Below are positions 26,639 through 39,066 of a stretch of DNA of 64,000 nucleotides, one piece after another. The notes beneath the pieces were generated by a model. The model saw only the letters and a list, made by a program, of their open reading frames with translations. It ran no database searches and had not been told where the DNA came from. The DNA comes from Podarcis cretensis (lineage: Eukaryota). The DNA lies in NCBI GenBank assembly GCA_951804945.1, contig OX638155.1:29326001-29390000 (forward strand), read 5' to 3'. The position numbers and the translations under genes were made by a program. The stretch's first letter is position 1. The number at the start of each line of letters is the position of its first letter.

Positions 26639-27776
26639 TGAGTGACCCCACTTGGAAGGAAATGCCTAGTATTAGATAACACCATTCACTGAAACAAAAT
26701 TCACTGTGGACAACATTCGAAAACTTTCTAATGATGCTTTCTGGTATTAGTTTTGTTCTGTTCCTATTCATAAGGAGGCCCCGCAGAACTCATGGAAAAG
26801 CAATTACTTTAGTTATATAGCTTGGCATAGAACAACGTCAACATGTCTAGCAGTTTTCTTTATCTTAGTTCCCTTTAGAAATAAATCAGAGATGACAGTC
26901 CAAGGAAAAGATTAACACTTTTTGGAGTTTCGGGGAGAAGAAACACTGACACACTTGCTATTTATAGTGCCTGTGCTGTTTGTGACTTTGAACAGACGAA
27001 AAGCCTCACATTGTATTTTTTTCCAAGCACATGCCAAGCATGAAGGGATACCAGACTAAAAACCTTCCTTGGTGACATCATTCTGAATGATCCGCTAATG
27101 TTCCCTGCAGCAAAATATCCACAAAGGTCATGGCAGTTTGCTTTAGTAGCTGAAATCCATTTGCTATTCTGCATGCGATAGATTTGGATGAAGGGATGGC
27201 CGCCTTCCTGTCTTCGGTGTAAGAGAAGTTCTCAAGCTAAGTGAGTCAAATCTTTGTAAACAAAAATTAAGCAGATCTGATTAGAAGGAATGGGCAGGGG
27301 ACTGCAACTCTGAAGGAAGGATAAAATGACACATCCATTTTCTCAGATTACTTTCTTTCCTTTTATTCCTTTCTTTGGGTGTGTTTATTTCTGTATTTCC
27401 TGTCGTGATTAATTAGAAGACAGAAGCTCTTAAAGAATGGCAGTGTTTATAAATGAAAGTCTTGAAATAAAGGTTATCTCAGCATTGCAAAGCTCAACCT
27501 TTTGTCATTTTCAGAAATACAACATTGCTCTGATCCAGGACCCGAACTGAACTAGTGCAGGTTATCAAACTGAAAGTAGTTGTCATAATTGCTGGGTGAA
27601 ATTCATGGGTTTTTTAAAAAACTCTTTAGGCTCTTTGCATTGATGGGGGAAATAATCTAACAATTTACATTCCATTGAGGCTGATTTTTTTTATGTTTCC
27701 TTAGTTTCCTTAAGTACATTTTATTTTTCAGCACAGCAGTTGTAGTATTCTAATTTATTTTATTTCTATATATATG

Positions 27777-27922
27777 CAGTGCTTTTTTTCTGGGGGGACG
27801 CAGGGCTACGCACACCCCTAACCATTTTGCGAATCTAAGTTTGGCCGCATTGAGGGGCAGTATTTCAATATGAGTAGAAAACTGAGAGTACCCCTAAACA
27901 TTTTTAAAGGAAAAAATCACTA
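27777..27922. mobile_element. Short hAT-like MITE; partial copy at ~19355-19415
   Basis: CAGTGCTTTTTTTC...GAAAAAATCACTA imperfect TIRs; shared ACGCAGGG.TACGCA...CCCTAA. Confidence 0.6.
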
Positions 27923-27929
27923 TACATAC

Positions 27930-27975
<46 letters not shown>

Positions 27976-28786
27976 ATATAGCCAAGGATCAATGGATGAA
28001 CTTGAATTAAATATGGACCAAATGCGAACCTTTGTTTTTTAAAGGAATTAATGTGAATTGGAATTAGTTCCTTTTTGGACACGTTGAACTTGAACTATAG
28101 CTAGTTCCTTCTGACAATAAACTTTCCAGGCTCTGTTTCTGATCTAGAGCCCAACATGCACTAGAGCTCCTTCATATGTGAGTATATTTGCCACTTAATT
28201 GTCCCACTATATGGAGAAGCACTTGTCTTTGGGGCAGCTCTGGAGCTCCTATAGTCTCAAATCATCCCTAGATCAGGCAAATATTTTTTATGGTTTGTTG
28301 GGTAGTTTCCAAACATGAGATGCAGAAGTATGCTTCCCAATTTCTGAACTCTGGTTGGGAGCAGTAACTCCCAAAATGTGGAATAATGAAGAACAACAAG
28401 AGCTCAAATGTGGAGCCGATTTCATCCCACTCTCTGTATATCCATAATTTGAACATTTAGTTCAAGATGAAAATATTTGTTTGGGGAATAATTCCAGGGC
28501 TGATTCATAATAGCCAAAATTATGTGAGCTACTACTTCCTGTGTTATGTACTGAAGTTCTCACCCTGGGCCAGCAGGGGGATACTGTAGATAGTTATGCA
28601 AATGAAGGATCGAAAAGTGACGTTCAGTGATGCGTTTTAGAAAATGGCAACAGTTGCATTGTTCTGGAGCTCTATATAAGCAGGCTGACTAAGCTCCTCA
28701 GCCTAGTTCTGTTCTGGCATCTGAATAAAGAAGAGCTGTTTAAAGAATCGCTGTGTCGTCTGACATGTTCGCCCACAACTTAACAC

Positions 28787-28804
28787 TGGCGACGAGGATG
28801 GGAT
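28787..28804 (+). promoter_or_regulatory. Primer-binding site, tRNA-Ser(GCT)
   Basis: TGGCGACGAGGATGGGAT is complementary to ...AUCCCAUCCUCGUCGCCA. Confidence 0.8.
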
Positions 28805-28967
28805 CGATGGACATCAGAGCACAGCCAGATGCAGCCACCCTCTGAGCAAAGCTGAATCACTGAGCTGAATCACTGAGCGAAATCACTGAACAGAACCAAT
28901 TCAGAGCTGACTTTTCTGGCTAGAGCACGGTGTTCCATCCATCGCCCTTCACGCCGGCATCGGAATC

Positions 28968-30600
28968 ATGGCTTCACTTGTGCCTCTACCGCTGTTTGCG
29001 CCAGCCTCTGAATCATGGGACTCCTACCTCGCTCGGTTCGACTGCTACCTCCAAGCCAACAAGCTGACAGAAGTATCAAAGGAGCAGAAGCGGGGTCTAT
29101 TCCTCAGCCTCTGTGGGCCTGAGGTGTTTGAGACGGCCCGAGCATTGGTTGCACCTGAAGCAGTCCAGGTAACACTGTGGGACACGATCCAAGAGAAGCT
29201 CCGCAACCACTACGCACCAAAGCCGTCCAAGATTGCTGCCCGCCATGCGTTTTACCACCAGAACCAGGCAGAGGGAGAGTAAATCAACAACTACACCACC
29301 GCCCTGCGACAGGCTGCAATGCACTGCGAGTTCTGAGACTTAGACAATGCCCTGATGGATTGAATCGTCTGTGGGGTCCGGGACATCCATCTGCAATGGC
29401 GTCTCCTCGCCAAGCCAGACCTCACGCTGCAGAAAGCCATTGAGGAGGCTGTGGCCTCGGAAGGAGATCCGCAAGGCCAGCAGCTCGTGTCTTGCTAGGG
29501 AGCCAGTTCCAGTGCATCATGAAGAGGCCAGCAGTGATGAGGCATCCTCCAGTGAAGATGATGATGTGCACCAAACAAAGCGGGAGTGCAGGAAGTTCCA
29601 ACAGAAGTCCAAGGGCCAACCAGAATGCGCCGGCTGTGGAGGCAACCATTCCCGTGCCAAGTGTCGATTCAGAGACGCCATCTGTCGGATGTGTTCCAGA
29701 AGGGGCCACATCGCTAAGGTCTGCCGATCAGCTCCATCTGACACCCCCCCTTCACCGACTTGCAAGTCCAAGTCTTCACTCCAGTCTGCCAAGGAAAGCT
29801 GTTTCGCTCTCACCAACTGCCGCTGCCCGTCTGGAACCACGATTGGCCAAACCGACTCGCCTACGCGATGCAAGCTGAACGTCACGGTGCTCATTGAAGG
29901 AGCTCCATGTGACATGGAGATTGACACCGGGTCTGCCCTGTCTATCGTGTCTTGGAGCACCATCAAAAGACTGGTACCCAGAGTGTCCAAAAGGCAACTC
30001 GACTCTCACCGAGACTACCAGGGAAAAGACATTCCCATGGTAGGCGTTGGCCGGTTCTGGATTGCCTTCAAGGATTTTTCGGGCCTGCTCCGACTGGTGG
30101 TGGTTGAAGGTCAGCGGCCAAGCCTCCTAGGGCTAGACTTGTTTGATGCCCTCGGCCTGGAAGTCACCGGTATCAACTGCATCTCTAACGCAGAGACTGA
30201 GGGTCTGGTCAAAGACTTTGCCGAGGTTTTCGACGGCACTTTGGGGCAATATACAGGTACGCCCATCTCCTTTAGCCTTGATCCACAAGTCGCTCCCATC
30301 AAGCTAAAGCCACGGAGGGTTCCCTTTGCTCTCAAGGCAAAGGTGGACGAACAACTGGACAAGCTGATCGCCCAAGGAGTTTTGGAGCCGGTTGACCACG
30401 CCAAGTGGGAAACCCCCATCGTCACGGCTGTCAAGCCAGACGGGTCGGTGAGAATCTGCGCTGACTACAAGTGCACAATCAACAAGGCACTTCAGCAGCA
30501 CGCTTATCCGGTTCCTGTTGTCCAACACCTGCTGCATTCCCTGGGTGAGGGTAAGGTCTTCGCTAAGCTGGACCTTGCCCAAGCCTATCAACAACTGCCC
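28968..30600 (+). pseudogene. Gypsy gag-pro-partial RT, disrupted
   Basis: WDSYLARFDCYL gag; zinc knuckles CAGCGGNHSRAKC and CRMCSRRGHIAKVC; protease IDTGSA; RT VRICADYK...FAKLDLAQAYQQL; several stops and frameshifts. Confidence 0.9.
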
Positions 30601-31793
30601 ATTGTTCTGGAGCTCTGTATAAGCAGGCTGACTGAGCTCCTCAGCCTAGTTCTGTTCTGGCATCTGAATAAAGAAGAGCTGTTAAAAGAATCGCTGTGTC
30701 GTCTGACATGTTCACCCGCAACTTAACATCCTGCAAGTAGTTTAACATGTGGAGCAGACACTGGATTCTGTATGAAATGGAACAGTGATTTATTTACTCT
30801 TTTTAATGAACTTAAATATTAATGTGACATTTTGTAATATTTCCAATATATATTATTACAGATAGTGAACTAACAGGAAGAACCAAGAAAAAAATGCTTA
30901 GTGCAAATCTTTTACTGAAATCCTTTAAGTGCTGAAGTTCCCACTTTGTGCTTCACATCCTAAGTATATATTTCTGGGTACCTAAATGATTCTGTAGATG
31001 TATCTGATCTTTTCTGAGGAAAGCAGCAAGATGGAATTTTTAAAAATGGCACAAAACTGCTGTGGGTCAAAACTAAAGACCAAAACCCCCCCACGCAAAT
31101 CCAGTTGCTTCCATTATCGGAGTATGGATTGATTAACAATTGTCTTTCACAATAAATAAATAAATATTTTGAGGAAAGGGGAATTTGGCATGTTCATCTC
31201 AGCCCTAATAAGGACTGTCTTTTGAAATGTAACTGGCCAGATTAAGCAATTGCGTATGTACAGAAAGCAATGGTCCTTAATAGCTAGGTGGTTTTTCCTT
31301 ATGATTTCTTGGAATGTTCTCCTCATTTAGTTGAGGATGTCAAAGGAATTTATTGGCAAGGGCACTTCACCTGAGTGGTAGTGAAATGTTGGCGGCCAAT
31401 GGAGATTGGAAGCAATGTGATTTTTCTCAGTGGGTATATTCTGATTGTCGTCTCCTCTTAGAAAAGTCTCCTTCCTTTTTTCTTCAAATCTCTGATGGTC
31501 ACTAAGACTTCACTACAGTTCAGGTGAAGTAGTCTTCTGAATACATTGTTTTGACATTTTCATCTAAATTAGGTTAAATAGTGATGTTGTCCCCCAAGCA
31601 TACATTCATCTATATAATGAGGGGCAAGAGCTCCCTGCTGCTGCAATGAAATGTCACACACGCTTGGAGCATGTTGTTGGAAGCTTATCAAAAAGCAGAT
31701 GCTAAATTTAAAAGTAAATAAAACTCAACCATCACAAACAGAAAGGATTGCTTGCATTTAATCTCAGGGGGGAATTTTGCTCTGTTTCACCAA

Positions 31794-32182
31794 AGTAAAG
31801 GTAAAAGAGTAAAGGACCCCTGGGCGGTTAAGTCCAGTCAAAAGCAACTATGGGGTTGCAGCGCTCATCTCGCTTTCAGGCCAAGGGAGCCGGTGTTTGT
31901 CCACAGACAGCTTTCCGGGTCATGTGGCCAGCATGACTAAAATGCTTCTGGTGCAACAGGACACTGTGATGGAAACCAGAGCGCATGGAAATGCTGTTTA
32001 CCTTCCCACCATAGTGGTACCTATTTATTTACTTGTACCAGCATGCTTTCGAACTGCTAGGTTGGCAGGAGCTAGGACAGAGCAACGGGAGCTCACTCTA
32101 TCGCAGGGATTTGGACTGCCAACCTTCTGATCGGCAAGCCCAAGAGGCTCAGTGGTTTAGACCACAGCGCCACCCGCATCCC
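31794..32182 (-). mobile_element. Sauria SINE
   Basis: Full body; TSD TGTTTCACCA (31783-31792, 32185-32194). Confidence 0.9.
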
Positions 32183-32277
32183 ATTGTTTCACCATACCTC
32201 TGAGTTGATCCTAAAGCTAGGGAAGGGCATCAACTCATGCAAGCGGGCTGCATGATGTAGGAACCAGAAACTTAATA

Positions 32278-32503
32278 CAGTGGTACCTCAGGTTACATAC
32301 GCTTCAGGTTACAGACTCCACTAACCCAGAAATAGTGCTTCAGGTTAAGAACTTTGCTTCGGGAAGAGAACAGAAATCATGCTCCGGCGGTGCGGCAGCA
32401 GCAGGAGGCCCCATTAGCTAAAGTGGTGCTTCAGGTTAAGAACAGTTTCAGGTTAAGTACGGACCTCTGGAACGAATTAAGTTCTTAACCTGAGGTACCA
32501 CTG
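32278..32503. mobile_element. Tigger-like MITE
   Basis: TIRs CAGTGGTACCTCAGGTTA / TAACCTGAGGTACCACTG; TA TSD; internal CTTCAGGTTA repeats; sister copy at 41295-41525. Confidence 0.92.
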
Positions 32504-33035
32504 TAGTGATGTTTAAGGAATTTAGTTATTCCAAATCCTGGTATCAACTGGCCTGCACAAGCATTTACACTTGGAACTTCCATGTACTTCCATGCCCACC
32601 CGTGTGGGATGTAACATAAGCAGTCAAGTACAACACTTCCTGTTTGCCCAGAGTGCACATGCAAGGGCGTGTTACTCCACAGCCTTCCTGTCACACCTGG
32701 TCTGGAGCTTCCTCCCTCTGCGTGTGACCAGGTAGGTGGGCGTGACCCTGGGAGACCACATAAAAGGGTCTGGCCATGCAGCCTTCTTCTCTCTTGAGGC
32801 CATGCTCTCCTGATACTGATGTATTTTGCTGTCTGCTGGCTCTCAGCCAACAGAACATGGGCTCATTCCCATATGGGATGAACTCAAACCCTCTACTGTA
32901 ACTCTAAGCTAAAGCCTGCCATCAGGGATCCAACTGTGAACTGAATGTTATACTTTTAAAAGAAGATTGTTCTGTCTTTATTCTTTTTAGGAGGGATAAA
33001 AGGGGACTTACCAGGAACAGAACCCAATCGAGACA

Positions 33036-33287
33036 AAAGAAGAAGAAGAGTTTGGATTTGATATCCCGCTTTATCACTACCCTAAGGAGTCTCAAAGCAG
33101 CTAACATTCTCCTTTCCCTTCCTCCCCCACAACAAACACTCTGTGAGGTGAGTGAGGCTGAGAGACTTCAGAGAAGTGTGACTAGCCCAAGGTCACCCAG
33201 CAGCTGCATGTGGAGGAGCGGAGACGCGAACCCAGTTCACCAGATTACAAGTCCACTGCTCTTAACCACTACACCACACTGGCTCTC
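33036..33287 (-). mobile_element. Squam3-like SINE
   Basis: Same family as 14525-14780. Confidence 0.8.
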
Positions 33288-33328
33288 AGTGTGGATTGCA
33301 AAACCAGATTGGATTGCTTAAGTAAAGA

Positions 33329-33686
33329 GTGGCGCTGTGGGTTAAAGCCTCAGCGCCTAGGACTTGCCGATCGAAAGGTCGGCGGTTCGAATCCCTGCGG
33401 CGGGGTGCGCTCCCACTGCTCGGTCCCAGCGCCTGCCAACCTAGCAGTTCGAAAGCACCTCCGGGTGCAAGTAGATAAATAGGGACCGCTTACCAGCGGG
33501 AAGGTAAACGGCGTTTCCGTGTGCGGCTCTGGCTCACCAGAGCAGCGATGTCACGCTGGCCACGTGACCCGGAAGTGTCTCCGGACAGCGCTGGCCCCTG
33601 GCCTCTTAAGTGAGATGGGCGCACAACCCCAGAGTCTGTCAAGACTGGCCCGTACGGGCAGGGGTACCTTTACCTTTACCTTTACC
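33329..33686 (+). mobile_element. Sauria SINE, young subfamily
   Basis: B-box GGTTCGAATCCC and (ACCTTT)n tail. Confidence 0.95.
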
Positions 33687-34863
33687 AACTAGCTTCCTGC
33701 TATATATTGGGGAATGCACTCTGCTTCTGACTCACAAGTGTGAGTTAGGAAGGATACTATTAAATCAATATATCCACTCCTAGTATCTACAACATTGCCA
33801 CAACCCAGAGCACCACATCTGCTCTGAGGGACTGGGGCTACCTCAGGATGGTTTTAGCAGATGCACAGGCGGAGGAGGGGACAGGTTCCCTTGTGCATGG
33901 ATTCTTGTGCATGGAACAAGTTACTTAGTGGTACATTGGTTACAATCCCTGATCTGTAACCCTTTGACTACTTTGTGGATTGAAACTGAGTGATACCCTG
34001 GATTTCACATTTCTCTTTATGTCATGACACCTTTCTCAAACTTATCAAGATAACACTTGATTACATTTAAAAGGTTCGATTTTACATTCACACTGTGCTT
34101 TCCTGTTGCAATAATACTCAGAGTAGCTCACAATTCAAAAATATGCTATACAAAAACAATGACCGCTCCCCACTTAAAACGGGGGGCGCCCTTTGCGGGG
34201 ACGCGTGCAGCCCTGGATCTGGAGTGGCCCCATCAGCATAGGCTTTGCCTTCCCTCAGGTGGGATACCTGGAGATCCCCGCCTACCCCAGTGAGTTGTCC
34301 AATCCCACCTGGGGGAAGCGTTGCCAGGGAAACCAGGCCAGGTAGGGGGAGGGATTACCTGCCCACACAATAGAGGGTGGATCTTAATTGTTAATCCTCA
34401 CTTGGCTCCAGAGCTTCTCCTGGAAGGACGTTGCTGTACTTCCTTGCTCCAAAAGGTAAGCCTGGGGCCTTTGGCCTCCCCCCCCCCCCCCGCGATTGGG
34501 TTCCAAAGGCTAGGGGGGGGGGGTTTAATGGATTCCAGGATCCCCTTTTAAAAAGGGGATCCTTTTCCCTAGGCGGGCCCTGATGCCCTGGGGTGCTGGG
34601 CGATGGCATGGGGGCCCCTCTGGCTGCCCCCCCATGCCTGCGGGGGCGTGTGGGCCGCGGGGGGGAGGCAACGCCACACGTGGCCCCTTCCCCTTTCCCT
34701 GCTAGGCCTGGCGCCCCTGGGGTGCGGTGGGTGGTGGCGGAGGGGGTCCCCGGCCACCCCCCAGGGCCTTTGTGGCCTCCAGGCGGCCTTTTTTAGGCCG
34801 CAGGGAGGCCTGCCGCGTTTTGGGGGCCTTACTAGGCCTCGGGGGGGCTCCGCCGGCCTAATC

Positions 34864-35765
34864 GGGCCTTGGGCGGCCCCGGAGCCTCCCCTGGGCGGCA
34901 GGGGCCTTCCTGCCGCCCCCGCGATTGCCGGGGGGGCACAGGCCGCGCCGTGTGGCCTCCCCCCGGCTCCAGAGGCCTAGCTAGGCCTCAGAGAGGCCTG
35001 GCTGGGCCTCGGGAGGCTCCGCGGCCTAAGCGGGCCTTGGGCGGCCCCGGAGCCTCCCCTGGGCGGCGGGGGCCTTTCTGCCGCCCTCGCGATTGCCGGG
35101 GGGGCACAGGCCGCGCCGTGTGGCCTCCCCCCGGCTCCAGAGGCCTAGCTAGGCCTCAGAGAGGCCTGGCTGGGCCTCGGGAGGCTCCGCGGCCTAAGCG
35201 GGCCTTGGGCGGCCCCGGAGCCTCCCCTGGGCGGCGGGGGCCTTTCTGCCACCCTCGCGATTGCCGGGGGGGCGCAGGCCGTGCCGTGTGGCCTCCCCCC
35301 GGCTCCAGAGGCCTAGCTAGGCCTCAGAGAGGCCTGGCTGGGCCTCGGGAGGCTCCGCGGCCTAAGCGGGCCTTGGGCGGCCCCGGAGCCTCCCCTGGGC
35401 GGCGGGGGCCTTTCTGCCGCCCTCGCGATTGCCGGGGGGGCGCAGGCCGCGCCGTGTGGCCTCCCCCCGGCTCCAGAGGCCTAGCTAGGCCTCAGAGAGG
35501 CCTGGCTGGGCCTCGGGAGGCTCCGCGGCCTAAGCGGGCCTTGGGCGGCCCCGGAGCCTCCCCTGGGCGGCGGGGGCCTTTCTGCCACCCTCGCGATTGC
35601 CGGGGGGGCGCAGGCCGTGCCGTGTGGCCTCCCCCCGGCTCCAGAGGCCTAGCTAGGCCTCAGAGAGGCCTGGCTGGGCCTCGGGAGGCTCCGAGGCCTA
35701 ATCTGGCCTTGGCTGGCCCCGGAGCCTCCCCTGGGTGGCGGGGGCCTTCCTGTCGCCCCCGCGAT
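34864..35765. repeat. 168-bp GC-rich tandem repeat, ~5.4 copies
   Basis: Units start at 34864, 35032, 35200, 35368, 35536 and 35704; each full unit carries the palindrome GAGGCCTAGCTAGGCCTC. Confidence 0.97.
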
Positions 35766-36484
35766 CCTGCCTCCCCCGGCTGCAGAGGCCGCTGGCAACT
35801 CTGAACCTCCCCTGGGCAGCAGGGGGGATCTCTGCAGCCGGTGGGTATACCCCCCTGAGTCGGCCCCGGGGGACAGTGTGGGCCCCTGCTTGCCCCACCC
35901 CCCCTCAAACTGTGTGGCGGGGGGGTGGAGCCACATCACGGGGCCCTGCCAACCCACTGTAGGACTGGTCTCTGTTGGGGGCGTGCAGGGCCTGCTTGGG
36001 GGTGGCCCCATGTCTGCAGCCATTTCAATGGTGACCGCATGGCGGCAGCCATTGCGCTGGTGGCCACATGGCGGCAGCCATCCTGGATCTGGCCGCATGG
36101 CAGCGGTCATGCCTCGGTGGTCCTCAGGCACACCTATAGCCTCATTAGGTACGTATTGGTTTTACATATCACCACCATGACTTGCCAGCAGGTGCAGTGG
36201 ACAGCAGGCATCGCGCTCATTATCGTCGAGGGGAGACCGCCAATGGACCTCAACTGAAATCTGTGCAGTGATTTTCTAAACTATTGCTTGTTATTTTGCA
36301 GCCTTCAGTAGCGATTCCTGCTGTGACTCAGTTCTTGCCTTATCTCCTCCCCTCCCATTATCTGTACCATTACCTTTATCACTAGTGTGTTTTTGCAAAT
36401 TGATAGCGGGCATTTCCTACCAATCATTGCCCCCCCCTTGTTTTCCGGATTCCCTAGCATACCCCACTCTATCAGCCCCACACC

Positions 36485-37740
36485 ATGCCGCCAAAGCGTC
36501 AGGCTGCTTCTCCTCCCCGCACCAGAAGGGGCACTGTAAGGGGCGCGCCCACCAAGCCTGCCCAGAGACAGGCGACTGGACAGCGGAAGGCGCGTCCAAC
36601 CAGGGAGGAGCAGGCCAAGCCCAGGAAGACCGCGCCCAAGAGGGCAGCGGCACCTAGAGGGTCTTCTGGGTCCATAAGCCCACTAGCCTTGGCAAGCCAC
36701 GCCCGTCTTGAGCGGCGGGATTCGCGCAGAGGGCGCTCTGTGTCACCTCACAGCCGCAGGCGAGGGCGCAGTAGCAGCTCCGCTGACCGCCGTGCTCAGG
36801 AAGCGGGATCACGCTCATCATCCGCATCCACCAGGCGCAGAGGTAGGTCCCCCCGTTCCAGCTCCTCTGACAGGTACAAGAGTGACAAGAGCCCTGAGTC
36901 GCGCAGATCGCGTCATCGCGGGAGGAAGCACCACAAATCCAGGAGGAGGGGCCACAAGTCCAAGAGGGACTCTCCTGGATCATCTAGTACCTCAGGTAGA
37001 TCCAGCTCCACTGATAGTGAACGGGGGGGGGGGGGAGCATCAAAGGCTATTGGGTTACAGGCCCCCACGCCCCAGGGCTGCCGCACTGGGTCTGGCGGTG
37101 CCGCACCGGAGGCACAGGCGTGAACATGGTGCTATCGCGCCATGCGGGGAGGAGGGCACTGACTCCAGAGGTAGAATTAGGAAATCCAACCACAAAAGAA
37201 CCGAGCAGCCCCCAGGCATTCGCCTGCGTGAGAAGTTGCGGGAACGCATCCTTAATGGGGAGTTCGTGGATTTGTTTGATCTGCTATCCCCTGCCGCTTC
37301 GACAGCCCTAAAATCTAAATCCGCCGAGCAGAAGGGGGGGGGGAAAGTGAGTGTTGAGCGTACCTTTCGTAATTGGCTCACTGCATATACCACTTATATG
37401 GGTATTATAGTCACTAGTTACCCTGACAGGGGTTGGCACCTGACCAACTACCTACTCATCATCCTAAAGGCTGAAGCCATGTCTGGGGGGGGAGGCGGCA
37501 CTCGCCTATGACCAGGCATTCAGGGAGCGGGCGGCAGAGGACGACACAGTTAGATGGGATATCAAAGATGATGACGTGTGGTCTGAGTTGGTTTCCCCGT
37601 TCTTCAAGAAAGGGCCCAACAATGTGAAACAGTCCAAATATCAATCCAAGGCCCCCTAGAGATCTTGCTGGGAGATCTTGCGAGCGCTGTAGTGGATCTC
37701 ACCCACCATCAAATGTATTTGGGGGAAGAAGCTTTTTCGA
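36485..37740 (+). pseudogene. DIRS/Ngaro ORF1 (gag-like), frameshifted at G-runs
   Basis: Arg/Ser-rich N-terminus, then RILNGEFVDLFDLL...FRNWLTAYTTY...ALAYDQAFRERAA...WD motifs typical of DIRS ORF1. Confidence 0.8.
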
Positions 37741-37849
37741 GGCTCCCGTGGATCAGGCACAGGCACATCTCATGACAAAAGAGAGGCCGGAGCCTCTACA
37801 GGCTCCTCTGGCGCTCAGCAAAGCAAAAACAATGCCCGCAAATAGTGTT

Positions 37850-39066
37850 CTCCTTTCCCTAGCCCCCTCACCCATATCTCTATCAGCAATGCTGCTTTTG
37901 TTACACCAGTACCCTAATAAAGAGGCAGCACATTGAGGAGGGCTTTAAGGAAGGCTTCCGCATCCCAGTGGTAGGCACCCCCTCATGCACCAATCCCCCC
38001 AACCAAAAGTCTGTCCGAGATATGCCACACATTGCCGAGAAGAAGATTACCAAAGAACGCTTGCTGGGGCGAGTGGCAGGTCCCTTCACAGAACCTCCAT
38101 TTCCAAACTTCATAGTGTCTCCACTAGGTATTGTACCTAAGAAGGCCCCAGGCGAGTTTCGATTAATACATAACCTTTCTTACCCAAGGGGTGGGTCAGT
38201 AAATGATGCCATTCCTCAAGAACAAGGCTCAGTCAAAAATGCATCTCTTGATCAGGCAATCAGGCTGGTTAGGGAGTGTGGCCCGGGCGCGCTCATGGCA
38301 AAATGTGACATCGAATCAGCCTTCCGTCTGTTACCAGTCCACCCCGGGGACTTCTGGTTGCATTTGTGGTATGGGCCATGAAACGCAGGTCAGGGTCCCA
38401 CCGCATTTCCCATTACGTCCAGCCAGCGGGCTCAGACGCGTGCGCTAGGGCGCTGGCATGCTTCATTCAGCTGGCAGCTGAATTGGGCATCCCATTGGCA
38501 GCGGACAAGACCGAAGGTCCAACCACTGTCATCTCATATCTGGGTATTGAACTGGATTCTGTGAGCCAAACCTCTCACCTGCCCCTGGCCAATCTTGCCT
38601 GCTGCCTAAGGAACAGCTACAGGTGCACTCTGACGCCTCTGGTCGCTTTGGCTTCGGCACTTACTTCAGGGGTCACTGGTGCGCGCAGCCTTGGCCGACA
38701 TCTTGGCATGAGGAGGGCATTACATGTGACTTAACTTTCCTTGAGTTTTCCCAATCCCGTGTTTGGGGGCACCTCCTCAAGGACACCAGGGTGTGCTTCT
38801 GGCCGGACAACCAGGCGGTGGTAAGAATCATTGCGAAGCAATCCGCAAAATCCAATAGGGTAATTCGCGCGCTCCGTCTCTTCGTGCTGGAATGTCTGAA
38901 AGGTAACATTTCCTTTTCTGCACGGTTCATCCCGGGCCTCAATAACGACATTGCAGATGCCCTGTCTCGCTTTCAGGTGGAGCGCTTTCGCGACCTAGCA
39001 CCCGAGGCCGATCAACTCCCAGAAGCCTTTCCGGAGGACCTCTGGGAAATTGGACGGGAGAAGTGA
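37850..39066 (+). pseudogene. DIRS-type reverse transcriptase and RNase H, with internal deletions
   Basis: SPLGIVPKKAPGEFRLIHNLSYP; MAKCDIESAFRLLPVHP; KTEGPTTVISYLGIELDS; RNase H SDASG, DNQAVV, NDIADALSR; LPxG and YxDD regions missing. Confidence 0.92.

Larger units (their letters stand above)
28542..30728 (+). mobile_element. Gypsy (Mag-like) LTR retrotransposon, internally deleted
   Basis: 5' LTR 28542-28785 (TG...CA); partial 3' LTR ~30600-30728; TSD TCCTG on both sides; gag, protease and RT remnants. Confidence 0.93.

Noticed and set aside
28568-28585. CTCF site in the Gypsy LTR (CCAGCAGGGGGATA)
   Set aside because: Mismatch at the conserved GGC position; motif alone is insufficient
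33329-33410. tRNA gene
   Set aside because: The A/B boxes belong to SINE heads followed by SINE bodies
34869-35804. 311-aa repetitive ORF
   Set aside because: By-product of a stop-free GC-rich 168-bp repeat with a TTG start; no recognisable domain
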